A DNA stretch of 63,539 nt, filler included, from Reclinomonas americana ATCC 50394 (lineage: Eukaryota), in assembly GCA_048213135.1 (NCBI GenBank). It is 9 parts of 6 records of this genome, joined end to end, with 100 filler letters (N's around TTAATTAATTAA, not from the genome) between each part and the next. Parts side by side here need not be neighbours in the genome. Positions count along the whole stretch, not along the records: positions 39,610 to 45,166 come from PS015260.1; positions 45,267 to 53,204 come from PS015261.1; 7 more parts are not named here. One strand, written 5' to 3'. Below are positions 39,977 through 52,500 of this stretch, piece after piece; position 1 is the first letter of the stretch; each line of letters starts with the position of its first letter. Made by a program: the position numbers and the translations under genes. The notes under the pieces are model-generated. The model searched no databases, was not told where the DNA came from, and saw only the letters and a program-made list of their open reading frames with translations.

Positions 39977-40806
39977 NNNNNNNNNNNNNNNNNNNNNNNN
40001 NNNNNNNNNNNNNNNNNNNNNNNNNNNNNNNNNNNNNNNNNNNNNNNNNNNNNNNNNNNNNNNNNNNNNNNNNNNNNNNNNNNNNNNNNNNNNNNNNNNN
40101 NNNNNNNNNNNNNNNNNNNNNNNNNNNNNNNNNNNNNNNNNNNNNNNNAGCGGCAAGAAGGTGGGCAGGCAGGCTGGAGGTTTATTTTTTCTGTTGTACA
40201 GTACAAGTGCCAGCGTGCGTTGTGGATGTGAGACGTGAACAGGTCGGGAGGTAACCAACCTTGACCTTTTATGGTACAAGGTTGGAAAGGGCAAGGGAGG
40301 GTGGAGAGCAGGCGTTTGTCCAACGGAACGATCATGTATCATAGATGGACGGAGAAAGAGTCGACGGTGAACGGAGCGAGGGTGGACGGAGCAGGTTCTT
40401 GCAGGGCAAGAGTCAAGGTCTGGATGCAAGGGTTCGAAGATGACGGGTGCAACGTGAGGGCACAGAACACCTTGACCCCCTTGGCGTCCCTGCAAGGGTC
40501 ATGAATCATAGATGCAAGAGTCAAGAGTCTGGGATGCAAGAGTTCGAAGATGACAGGTGCACGGGTCAGAGTGAGGGAAGAACCTGAACCCTCGCCCTCC
40601 AGCTGCAGGGATCCTGTGAAGGAACAAGGGTGGACACAGAGAAGGTTTTTGCCGTCCAATGGAAGCTGTTGACGGAATCCTCAAGGATCAGGCCAAACGT
40701 AGAGACGGCACAGGGAGCCCATAGCCACCGGGCGAGGCGATCCTGACTTCACCTTCAGAACTGTCATCATCGTCCTGTCCAACTCTCATCCCCAATCACC
40801 GACGCA

Positions 40807-41862
40807 ATGGCACCACGCGTTCTTCTCCCACTCCTCGCGGCTCTCGCTCTCTCCGCCGCCCTCTGCGCACTGGCCTCACCAATCATCCCGCGCCAGTACC
40901 CCATCTACAAGCAATGCGTTGCGCAATCACTCTCTCTGCACTCTTCTCTCACACGCTCACTCACACACACTCACACTCACTCAACAGGATCCCTCGTGGG
41001 GCAACAACAAGATGGGTGGCGACTCCACCATCTGCCAAGGCACCTGCGCGCGCGACTGTCATGACTCTCTCACTCAAACTCAATCACTCACTCTTTGCCT
41101 CCCTCACACACAGAGGGTTGCGCCATGTCTGCGCTCTCCATGGGACTGCAAGGATGGAACTACACTCTGCCGGACTCTCCCTCGCTCGCTGTCAATCCAG
41201 GTTCTTTTTCTCCTTAAACTCATACGCTCTCAATGTCGATGACTGGGAATCATTGCATCTTGCTCTCTTGCAGGAACGCTGAACACGTGGTTGATCAACA
41301 ACAAGGGATACAAGGTGTGCTTCCCCTCTCCCCACCGCCTCCTCTTCTCTCATCACTGTCGTGTGCTCACTCGGAATCGCAGTGCATCGGAAGTACGTCA
41401 CAGCCTGCTTTACCCGTTCGTTACTTGCATGTCTCTCACACTGCACGCACAGACGACTGCAACAACCTGGTGCTGGACTCGCCCGAGCGCATCAACCCGC
41501 ACATCAAGTTCCTCGGTGAGAACCAGAAGCCGACGGACCCAGCGGAGGTGCTGCACGGTTTGCTGACGGGCAAGGTGTACCTGGCGCACGTGCGCAACAA
41601 TCACCACTTCGTGCTCGTCATTGGTGAGGCAGTCGTGGTCCTCGCGTTTTCTTGAAGCTCGATCCTGACTGCATGCATGGGGGCAGGCGTCGACTCGACC
41701 AATTACAAGACCGTGTACATCAACGATCCGAACTACGCGCAGCCGACGTACGACTACTCGGAGATTACCGACATGATCGTTGCGCTTTCTCACTTTCCCC
41801 CTCTCTCCTTCCCTTTCACTCACTCTTCTCCGTCTCCACAGGTGTACCAGATGAACGCTTGA
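40807..41862 (+). CDS. Secreted peptidase C39-like protein
   Basis: Signal peptide, then YKQC|DPSWG, EGCAMSALSMGL (catalytic Cys), NPGTLNTWL, HFVLVIG (His) and VYINDP (Asp). Eight exons. Confidence 0.8.
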
Positions 41863-42660
41863 GGGCTTCTTAACTGACTTTTTTCCCCTTCTCCCACCCC
41901 CTCCCACCGCGTANNNNNNNNNNNNNNNNNNNNNNNNNNNNNNNNNNNNNNNNNNNNNNNNNNNNNNNNNNNNNNNNNNNNNNNNNNNNNNNNNNNNNNN
42001 NNNNNNNNNNNNNNNNNNNNNNNNNNNNNNNNNNNNNNNNNNNNNNNNNNNNNNNNNNNNNNNNNNNNNNNNNNNNNNNNNNNNNNNNNNNNNNNNNNNN
42101 NNNNNNNNNNNNNNNNNNNNNNNNNNNNNNNNNNNNNNNNNNNNNNNNNNNNNNNNNNNNNNNNNNNNNNNNNNNNNNNNNNNNNNNNNNNNNNNNNNNN
42201 NNNNNNNNNNNNNNNNNNNNNNNNNNNNNNNNNNNNNNNNNNNNNNNNNNNNNNNNNNNNNNNNNNNNNNNNNNNNNNNNNNNNNNNNNNNNNNNNNNNN
42301 NNNNNNNNNNNNNNNNNNNNNNNNNNNNNNNNNNNNNNNNNNNNNNNNNNNNNNNNNNNNNNNNNNNNNNNNNNNNNNNNNNNNNNNNNNNNNNNNNNNN
42401 NNNNNNNNNNNNNNNNNNNNNNNNNNNNNNNNNNNNNNNNNNNNNNNNNNNNNNNNNNNNNNNNNNNNNNNNNNNNNNNNNNNNNNNNNNNNNNNNNNNN
42501 NNNNNNNNNNNNNNNNNNNNNNNNNNNNNNNNNNNNNNNNNNNNNNNNNNNNNNNNNNNNNNNNNNNNNNNNNNNNNNNNNNNNNNNNNNNNNNNNNNNN
42601 NNNNNNNNNAACCACAAACAGAAGTGAATTGATCGGGAGGAATCACTCACTTTCATGCAG

Positions 42661-42924
42661 GTGCTGCATGCCGCCAACCTCGATCCGAGTGTGGTCGGTG
42701 CCGTGACACAAAAGCTGGACGACGTGCTGGAGGAGAAGAATGCCGAAATTGGCGACCTCACCGAGCGCCTGGCGCAAGTCACCAAGGCCCACAACGACGT
42801 GATTCGTGTGTACGAGGAGAAGCTCAGGCAAAGCGGCATCCCCATCGAGGACCTCGGCTTCCGACCGCTCATCGCCCGCAATGTCCAACTGGGCGAGGGT
42901 CCGGCCGGCCTGGTCACCGGATGA
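42661..42924 (+). CDS. GAS8: GAS8/DRC4 C-terminal exon
   Basis: VLHAANLDP..KLDDVLEEKN..KAHNDVIRVYEEKL..GIPIEDLGFRP. Confidence 0.9.
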   Translation: MLHAANLDPSVVGAVTQKLDDVLEEKNAEIGDLTERLAQVTKAHNDVIRVYEEKLRQSGIPIEDLGFRPLIARNVQLGEGPAGLVTG

Positions 42925-43674
42925 GCACCTTTCTTGCCCGCACACATGTACAAGCATCACAAAGAGGGAACAGTGAAATGAGCACAAACAGGAAAACACA
43001 CACACATCGAACCCAGTGTTTCAATTTCATCATTTGTGGGNNNNNNNNNNNNNNNNNNNNNNNNNNNNNNNNNNNNNNNNNNNNNNNNNNNNNNNNNNNN
43101 NNNNNNNNNNNNNNNNNNNNNNNNNNNNNNNNNNNNNNNNNNNNNNNNNNNNNNNNNNNNNNNNNNNNNNNNNNNNNNNNNNNNNNNNNNNNNNNNNNNN
43201 NNNNNNNNNNNNNNNNNNNNNNNNNNNNNNNNNNNNNNNNNNNNNNNNNNNNNNNNNNNNNNNNNNNNNNNNNNNNNNNNNNNNNNNNNNNNNNNNNNNN
43301 NNNNNNNNNNNNNNNNNNNNNNNNNNNNNNNNNNNNNNNNNNNNNNNNNNNNNNNNNNNNNNNNNNNNNNNNNNNNNNNNNNNNNNNNNNNNNNNNNNNN
43401 NNNNNNNNNNNNNNNNNNNNNNNNNNNNNNNNNNNNNNNNNNNNNNNNNNNNNNNNNNNNNNNNNNNNNNNNNNNNNNNNNNNNNNNNNNNNNNNNNNNN
43501 NNNNNNNNNNNNNNNNNNNNNNNNNNNNNNNNNNNNNNNNNNNNNNNNNNNNNNNNNNNNNNNNNNNNNNNNNNNNNNNNNNNNNNNNNNNNNNNNNNNN
43601 NNNNNNNNNNNNNNNNNNNNNNNNNNNNNNNNNNNNNNNNNNNNNNNNNNNNNNNNNNNNNNNNNNGCACAGAC

Positions 43675-44444
43675 CTCGGTGAGTTGCACATTGCGCTTCT
43701 CCAGCTGGTCCGTCATCGTCGTCAACTTCCTCTCCAACAGAATGTTCTTGTAGCCGTTGCGCCGTTCCATTTCCGCAATGGCCGTCTCGAATCGCTCGTA
43801 CAACTCGTCGCGCTCGCGTTGCATCTGCGTGGGTGTAAGGAGTGAGACGACGGCCTCGAATCACGTGTCCTTTTTCCACACACACACACACCTCGCGGAA
43901 TCGCTGCTCCATGACATCGTGTTCCCACTGCATGTCCTTGAGCTGCTGGTCCAGCACTTTCAGGCGCACCTTGGCGTTGCGCAGCGCAATCTTGTCCTGT
44001 GTGTTGTCAACCCCTTCCGTGTCAGTTTCTTCTCGGTTCGTGGATCACATGCTCCAACCGACAGTACCTTCTCGTAGCCGGCCTTCTCCAACCGCAGCTT
44101 CTCCACCTCCTTGAGTGTGCGGGCCAGTGGCTCGCGCAGCTTCTTGTTCTCCTGAATGGTGTCGAAGAGATCCTTCTCGTTGGTGGCCTCGTCGCGCTTC
44201 ATGTCCTCCAGATCCTGCTTGAGGCTCTTGATCAACTCGATGTTGTTGGAGGTGATGTCGTTGTAGTAGTCCTTGATGTCGCGGAAGGCACGCTCGTGTT
44301 GCTCCATCAGCTCCTTGATGTGCTGGTTCTTGCGCTGCTCGATCTCAATCACCTCGTTCTTGCGCTGCTGGTTCATCTCCTCGCGCAGCTGCGACATCTT
44401 CTTCTCGTATCGCAACTGCAGCTCACGTGCCTGTCGCTCGAACT
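43675..44444 (-). CDS. GAS8: GAS8/DRC4 middle exons
   Basis: EIEQRKNQHIKELMEQHERAFRDIKDYYNDITSNNIELIKSLK..ERDELY..KNILLERKL. Confidence 0.93.
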
Positions 44445-44587
44445 CTGNNNNNNNNNNNNNNNNNNNNNNNNNNNNNNNNNNNNNNNNNNNNNNNNNNNNN
44501 NNNNNNNNNNNNNNNNNNNNNNNNNNNNNNNNNNNNNNNNNNNNNNNNNNNNNNNNNNNNNNNNNNNNNNNNNNNNNNNNNNNNNNN

Positions 44588-45108
44588 AAGACATGGTGCA
44601 AAAGCTGCAGCTGGCGCTGCGTGCGATTGCCGACAAACTCGCCGACGAGCAACGAGAACGCAACTATTTCCAACTGGAGCGCGACAAGGTGACCTCGTTC
44701 TGGGAGATCACCAAGCGCGAGAAGGAGGAGATGGCGGCCAAGCTGCGGAGTACAGAGAGGGCGCTGGAGGAGAGCGAGGAGCGGCATCAGGTCGAGTTGA
44801 AGATTTACAAACAAAAGGTGTGTGTCACTCTCCAACCCTTTCCCTCCGCTATCTCCCTTTCCACTGACGCACTCGCACACAGGTGCGCCACCTGCTGTAC
44901 GAGCACAAGTTGGCGGTGGATCAGATGAAGCTGGATGGCGAGACGGCGCTGAAGCTCACCGAGGATGCGCACCGGGCACGTGAGGGCGAACTCAAGCGCG
45001 AGAAGCGCGACAGCCGCGTGACGGTCAAGGAGCAGGAGCTGAATCACGAGCGCATGGTGCGCAAGCAGCGCCAGGATCACGACAAGGCCGTCACCAAGCT
45101 GCGAGAGG
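44588..45108 (+). CDS. GAS8: GAS8/DRC4 N-terminal exons
   Basis: ERNYFQLERDKVTSFWEIT..RHQVELKIYKQKV|RHLLYEH. Confidence 0.93.
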
Positions 45109-45266
45109 GTGAGTGAGATAGGCGTCAGGACCGCCTTCACCATTTTGGCTGATTGTGTGCGTTCGGNNNNNNNNNNNNNNNNNNNNNNNNNNNNNNNNNN
45201 NNNNNNNNNNTTAATTAATTAANNNNNNNNNNNNNNNNNNNNNNNNNNNNNNNNNNNNNNNNNNNN

Positions 45267-45784
45267 CGCCGCCGGCACCGTCTCCGCCAGCAGCTGAGAG
45301 AGAGAAGGAGTGAGAGACGGGAAAGGAAGGAAGGCAGAGGCGACGTATGGGAGAGAGAAAGAGATGGAGAGATCAAAAGGGAGGGAGGGAGTGAAGAGGA
45401 GGATTGAAAGGAGAGAGAGAAGGCCTTGCGAGAGACAAGAAAAGCAAGGAAGTGGAAAGTGATATAGGACCGTAGGGAAGAGGAAGAGGTTGGGAGGAGG
45501 AGGAGTGGGAGGAGAGGGAGAGAGAGAAGGCAGTGGAAGAGAGAGGGAGAGAATGAATGAGAGACAAGAAAAGCACGGGAAAAGAAAACTGTAGGGGAGA
45601 TGAAGAGGTAAGGAGGAGGCGCCATAGGTGGAGAGAGAAGAAAGACAAACACAAAGCAGCGGAAGAGAGAGAAGACTCAGAAAGTGCGCGCGCATGTGAG
45701 TGACAAAGCGTTACCTGCACTGGCGGCGCCTGATGACGGTCGCGATCCCTTCTTTCCTTTCTTTCCCGACTGTGCACGACGAGG
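45267..45784 (-). CDS. Two short exons of an unidentified gene flanking a CT-rich intron
   Basis: ..RDRHQAPPVQ|gtaacg...tctcag|LLAETVPAA; both ends lie in gaps. Confidence 0.35.
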
Positions 45785-46911
45785 NNNNNNNNNNNNNNNN
45801 NNNNNNNNNNNNNNNNNNNNNNNNNNNNNNNNNNNNNNNNNNNNNNNNNNNNNNNNNNNNNNNNNNNNNNNNNNNNNNNNNNNNNNNNNNNNNNNNNNNN
45901 NNNNNNNNNNNNNNNNNNNNNNNNNNNNNNNNNNNNNNNNNNNNNNNNNNNNNNNNNNNNNNNNNNNNNNNNNNNNNNNNNNNNNNNNNNNNNNNNNNNN
46001 NNNNNNNNNNNNNNNNNNNNNNNNNNNNNNNNNNNNNNNNNNNNNNNNNNNNNNNNNNNNNNNNNNNNNNNNNNNNNNNNNNNNNNNNNNNNNNNNNNNN
46101 NNNNNNNNNNNNNNNNNNNNNNNNNNNNNNNNNNNNNNNNNNNNNNNNNNNNNNNNNNNNNNNNNNNNNNNNNNNNNNNNNNNNNNNNNNNNNNNNNNNN
46201 NNNNNNNNNNNNNNNNNNNNNNNNNNNNNNNNNNNNNNNNNNNNNNNNNNNNNNNNNNNNNNNNNNNNNNNNNNNNNNNNNNNNNNNNNNNNNNNNNNNN
46301 NNNNNNNNNNNNNNNNNNNNNNNNNNNNNNNNNNNNNNNNNNNNNNNNNNNNNNNNNNNNNNNNNNNNNNNNNNNNNNNNNNNNNNNNNNNNNNNNNNNN
46401 NNNNNNNNNNNNNNNNNNNNNNNNNNNNNNNNNNNNNNNNNNNNNNNNNNNNNNNNNNNNNNNNNNNNNNNNNNNNNNNNNNNNNNNNNNNNNNNNNNNN
46501 NNNNNNNNNNNNNNNNNNNNNNNNNNNNNNNNNNNNNNNNNNNNNNNNNNNNNNNNNNNNNNNNNNNNNNNNNNNNNNNNNNNNNNNNNNNNNNNNNNNN
46601 NNNNNNNNNNNNNNNNNNNNNNNNNNNNNNNNNNNNNNNNNNNNNNNNNNNNNNNNNNNNNNNNNNNNNNNNNNNNNNNNNNNNNNNNNNNNNNNNNNNN
46701 NNNNNNNNNNNNNNNNNNNNNNNNNNNNNNNNNNNNNNNNNNNNNNNNAAGAGGAACAACAGTGAGCCATCCACTGTGAATGTATGTGAGAGACAGGGAA
46801 ACAAAACGGTCACTCACCATTGGCAAAGGAAAAGAGAAAACGCTCTGGAAACGCGCGAGTCGATTGTCTACGGTGCGGATTGTCACGCACTCAAATTGGC
46901 TCACAACAAAC

Positions 46912-48224
46912 ATGTCCAGGTGCACAGCCCGCGCCCCTCCCCCCTCTCTTCCTCTTCTCTCTTGCTATGCCTCTCTGTGTCGTGCGCATGCTGCATGTTG
47001 TCACTTTATGCATGTTGTCGTGTGAGAGGATTCATCACACTCATCTTCTTGTGCACACACACAGGTACGATCGCGCGTTGACAGTCTTCTCCCCCGACGG
47101 ACACTTGTTCCAGGTGCGTGCATCATCGCACACAAGAGCGCGTGTGTGTGTCTGAGAGAGAGAGAGAGGGAGATGGTCATGTTGGCGCGCAAAACACGCA
47201 CACACTCGCCACTCAACACTTGTCTTGTGCGTGCGCGCGTAGGTGGAGTATGCCTCTGAGGCTGTGCGGAAAGGCTCAACAGCAGTTGGAGTGCGCGGCA
47301 CTGATGTTGTGGTGAGCATTGCTCGAAAAGAGAGAGTGAGTGAGAGTGAGAATTCCCTTGTCTTACTTGTGTGTGTTTGTGTGAAGGTGTTGGCTGTGGA
47401 GCGCAAGAGCACTGCCAAGCTGCAGGAGTCGCGCACTGTGCGCAAGATCTGTGTGCTTGATGAGCATGTGGCGATTGCATTTGCTGGTTAGTTGTCTCGA
47501 GAGGGAAAAGAGGGTGTCTTTCCTCCAGAGAGTTGCTTGTCTCTCGGGAGAGGGAGAGAGAGAAGCAAGTGGTCTTCTTTTCTCATTCTTTTGTCGGAAG
47601 CTTGTTGCCTGTCTCTCAGCAGAATTATGCCTGCCTTGTTTGGCGTGTTGCCGGCACGCATATGAGAGGGAGAGGTTTCGTGCTTCTTTCTCAGAGTGAG
47701 AATGCCTGCCTTGTTTGCGTTGATGTGCTGTCGTTGGCGCTTTACCGGTCCCACATGCGAGGGAGAGGTTCTCTCTTTTGTCGCTTGTCTCGTGCTTCTT
47801 TCTCAGAGTGAGAATGCCTGCCTCGTGTGCTTTGATGTGCTGTCGCCGGAGTCAGGCAAGCGAGGGAGAGTGAGAAAGCATCTTGTCTTGCGTGCTTTCA
47901 TTCTTTGTTGTTTGTGTGTTACTTTGTCGCGAGAGTGGCACAAGACAAGTTCTCATCTTTCGTCTCCTGCATGGAGAGAGAGAGAGAGCAGGCGTTCGAC
48001 GTTTCAAGTTCGATTCCCCTGTTGTTGACACCGTGTTCGTCGCGCTAATAGATAGAGAGAAAAGTGAGAAGATGAGAACTGAGGTTCTTGCATTGCTGGT
48101 TCTGGCTTGTCAAGAGAGGACAGTGTGGAGAACAGTTTCCGTCGAGTCTCACGAGAAGCACGTAAGACGACTCGAGCTCTCGTTTTCCTTCGTGTTCTTG
48201 AATCCTTTCATGTCTTCTCTTCTC

Positions 48225-48307
<83 letters not shown>

Positions 48308-49370
48308 CACTCCTCTCTNNNNNNNNNNNNNNNNNNNNNNNNNNNNNNNNNNNNNNNNNNNNNNNNNNNNNNNNNNNNNNNNNNNNNNNNNNNNNNNNNN
48401 NNNNNNNNNNNNNNNNNNNNNNNNNNNNNNNNNNNNNNNNNNNNNNNNNNNNNNNNNNNNNNNNNNNNNNNNNNNNNNNNNNNNNNNNNNNNNNNNNNNN
48501 NNNNNNNNNNNNNNNNNNNNNNNNNNNNNNNNNNNNNNNNNNNNNNNNNNNNNNNNNNNNNNNNNNNNNNNNNNNNNNNNNNNNNNNNNNNNNNNNNNNN
48601 NNNNNNNNNNNNNNNNNNNNNNNNNNNNNNNNNNNNNNNNNNNNNNNNNNNNNNNNNNNNNNNNNNNNNNNNNNNNNNNNNNNNNNNNNNNNNNNNNNNN
48701 NNNNNNNNNNNNNNNNNNNNNNNNNNNNNNNNNNNNNNTTGAGTGCCAGTCGTTCCGCCTGACATTCGAGGACGCCGTGTCGGTCGACTACATTACTCGT
48801 CACATTGCCAAGGTGCAGCAGCGATACACGCAGAGTGGTGGTGTGCGGCCCTTTGGTGCGTTTTCAAGTGATCGATCTCTATCTCCGTCTTCTCCTTCTT
48901 TGCTGACCGCCCACCAGGTGTGTCCAATCTGGTGGCTGGCTTCGACTCGGACGGCACTCCACGATTGTACACGACGGAGCCGTCGGGTGCCTTTTCGGCG
49001 TGGAAGGTGGGCAATTGGCCCTTGTGGTGGTGTGGAGTTGGTGAGTAGGCATGCGTACTCACAACCTCTGTGCGCATAGGCGAATGCAATTGGTCGCGGC
49101 GAGAAGACGTGCCGCGAGTTTTTGGAGAAGCACTACACGGAGCCGCCATCTGGCGACGACGCAGTGATGCTGTCCATTCGCACGCTGCTCGAGGTGGTGG
49201 AGAGCGGCTCAAAGAACGTCGAGGTGGCGGTGATGTACCCGAATGCGCCGATCCGCTACCTGACGGAGGAGGAGGTGTCGCAGGCGGTGAGCCGCATCGA
49301 GGCGGAGCAGGCCGAACAGCAGGCCGCTGCCGCAGAGGGCGCAGGTGGTGCCGAAGGTGCTCGCCGCTGA
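46912..49370 (+). CDS. PSMA7: 20S proteasome subunit alpha4
   Basis: [56 protein letters not shown] and [11 protein letters not shown]. Confidence 0.97.
48220..48318. repeat. (CT)n + (TTTC)n microsatellite in PSMA7 intron
   Basis: Directly visible tandem repeat. Confidence 0.9.
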
Positions 49371-49578
49371 GACGTGGGCAAAACGAGCGTACGTGTGTGT
49401 GTCTGTGTGTGTGCGTGCGTCGCAGCGCCACTGGGTGGGGAGAAAGGAGTAGGGGTCGTTCGTAAAAAAAAAAAGAAACATGGAAAATACGAGTAACAAC
49501 AACAAAACAAGTGATTCATTTTACAGTTACAAGCACGCTCGCTGCGGCGGCGGCGGCGGCGGCGACATCGATGTTCTC

Positions 49579-52500
49579 TTATCGGCCATTCGACGCCGTT
49601 TTTTCGTCCTCCAACCTCTGTAACCGGGCCGCCATGTCGCGGATCACCACCAACAAGCTCGCCGTGTCCACGCCAGCATCGGCCGGCTGTGGTGCCGACT
49701 GATCGCTCAGTTGGCACGGTGGTGACGATTGTCGCACGAGATCCTCCAGTTCCTGGATGCGACTCTTCGAGGCGTCGAGCTCCGATTTCAGCGCCTTGAC
49801 GCTCTCAATCAGGAACGGAACGAGCTCCTGGTACGCAATGGCTTGCACCTGGCCGTCCTCCACCATGACCACCTGGCGACGCAAAAAACAGTGAGTGAGA
49901 GACAGCGTGCAAGCATGGGAGTGAGCTTGGCAACGCACCTCCGGAACAATGTTCAGCACGTCCTCGGCAATGAGACCCGTCCACCGCCGCGTGTTTGCCA
50001 CGTCCTACCGAGCACACAAACATGCAGTCGTCAGCCAAGAAACACAAGGGATACACATCCGTGCGCATGCGGTGGGCAGACGCAACAGTGCGGTCGTACT
50101 GCACACCCTGCAAGCTGAGGATGCGATCCAGCGCAATGTTGGTATCAATCGGTGTGATGTTGGTCTTGAAACGGCGAGATGACATGGTGACCTGCGACAT
50201 TTGGCACGGTGTCATTTAGTGTCGTGCAGATTGGAGTGAGGAGCAGCCAAACGGCGACGCACAATGCCTCGAACTTGCAGATTGCCATTGCTGCTCAGCG
50301 ACATGTCCATGCGAGCGACACCGGCTGCGACACGACGATGGTCAGATTGCAATTCAAAGAGGAGAACAGAGAGACGCTGCACGTGCACGCAACTTGCCCA
50401 GTCATACCACTGCAACTGCGTAGCAGTGGTGCCCATGGTCCACGTGGTTGTCGCGGTGCCAGTGTCGAATGTCATCGCATCCGTGGTGCCGTTCGGAGCG
50501 GTAACGGAGAAGGAGCTCAAAGAGCGCACTTTCTGTAAATGATGACGAATTGAGCAGAGGTTGGCGGAGTGTACTTGCAGAGGCATGAACGCAACTCCTG
50601 TGCCTGTGCCCTGCAGCGACAGGTGCGACGGTGACGATTGGATCAGCCTGCATCGATCGAGTGAGTTCACGATGAATGAACACGAGTTGTTCTTCTTGAT
50701 TACATGACACGCAACGTGGAGGTCATGCGCGTGAAGCCACCGGTGCCGTCGGAGATGGTCAGCGTGCCGGTGCTGCCGTTGATAGTCGCCAGAGTGCTCA
50801 CTTGCAGGGTGGCCGCCGAAAGGGTGGTGGTCGCTGACGCCAGTTGGATGGTGGCCGACGCCGACGGCACCGTGCCCGCACTCGCGCCCACACCGAGGGT
50901 GAAGGTGCTCTGGTCCGTCAACAGTGATCTGTGTGATGCTGCTGTTAGCTGGCGCCGAATGAACCCCACACATTCCTTCCAAAACAATGACAGACACGCA
51001 ACGATTTGGTGAGGTCGAAACGGCCGACCGAGTCGGTGAGGAAGACGCCACCACGCGCCGTGTCGGTGACAATGGATGCCGTGCCCGCCGCCATGGTGAA
51101 CACTCCAGCGGGGGCGACTGTCAGCGTGCTGGTGGGTGTGCCCGTCACACTGATTGCAAAGGAGGCGGCTGTGGAGGCGAGCGACGAGTCGGTGAGCGAG
51201 GCCGATGGACTGCCACCGGCCGCCGCCACCGTCACCGTGCCGGTACCGGACCCCGATAGCGTAACACGCTGATTAACGTCCAGCGTGTTCGAGGTGCCGG
51301 TGATGCGCACGCTGCCATTGGCTGGCGACAGAATCAAGCCCGCTCCCTGTGTAGCGCACATGTAAGCGAACTCAACAAGTCAACTCCACAAGCCGTGGTG
51401 GTGACGTACCGAAGCAGCGGGTCCAGTGGTCGACAGAGTCGGTGGCGCCGTGCCCGCCAGTCGCAGCGTGTTCGTCCCGGAAGCTTGCGTGATGACGGCC
51501 ACACCGGTTGCCGGCTGCACGGTAATGTCGCTCGAGGTCGACGCCAGCAGCAGTGTGGTTTCCGCGCGCACAGTGGTGGCACCAATGCTGCGTCGATCAC
51601 AGAGTGAGAAAAACAGGATAAGTGGGGTGTGGCGCAGTGACGCATACTCACCGAAGAATGTTGGAGCCGGGCGATACGAGAATGTCTTCGGTGCCCGTCT
51701 GAATCTGGAAGGTGGTGCCGCCTGCCCAAACACATGACAGTGAGTAGAATGCATGCCGACTGGGGTGATGTGAAAACGAAACTCTGTGGCTCGCCACGCA
51801 GCACGCCCGACACAATGCGCACTGGCTGTGCCAGGGCGGACGACGCCAAGGCCACTGAGCCACTGGCCGACGCCACCGTCAGTGTGGCGCTGCCACGGAA
51901 CGTGGAGCCAGTCAATCTGTGATACAGCGCAATGAGGAAACGAGCATTGGCTTGGAAGGGGGAAAACACAAAAGCACGGACCGCAGCACGCCGGAGAACG
52001 GTTGCAGCTCAATGTCACCGACTTGATTGCGGATGCGGAACTGCGTGGCCGTGTTTTGCGCAAACAACTCGTCGCCGACAAAGAACAGAGTGCCCGTGGA
52101 GCTGGTCAGCGTGAGTGGATTGCCCATGCTGGAGGTCAGCTGTGGGCAGTAGAGAGAGCGTTGGTGAGATGGGGGTGATGTACGTAAACAATGAGAAGGA
52201 CGTGCAAACCGAATCCGTCTGGAAGTTGCTGGCCACCAGATTCGCCACGTTGAGTGTGCCGGCAATCACCACTTCGTTGGACGGTGCAGAGGGTGTGAGT
52301 ACGAGACTGCCGTCGCCCGCGGTGCGAATCGAGCTCGTGCCTGCAATGCGGGAGAGTGAGTGAGAAGGAGACCTTGACAGTGCACGGATTGAGAAGAATC
52401 GCAACTGTTTGCAAATGCCAGCGTGGTGGCCTGCAGTGTGATTTGTCCGCTGCTGCCGGTGGTGAGCGTCAGATTGGCCGACGGGTCTCGCACACTGACC

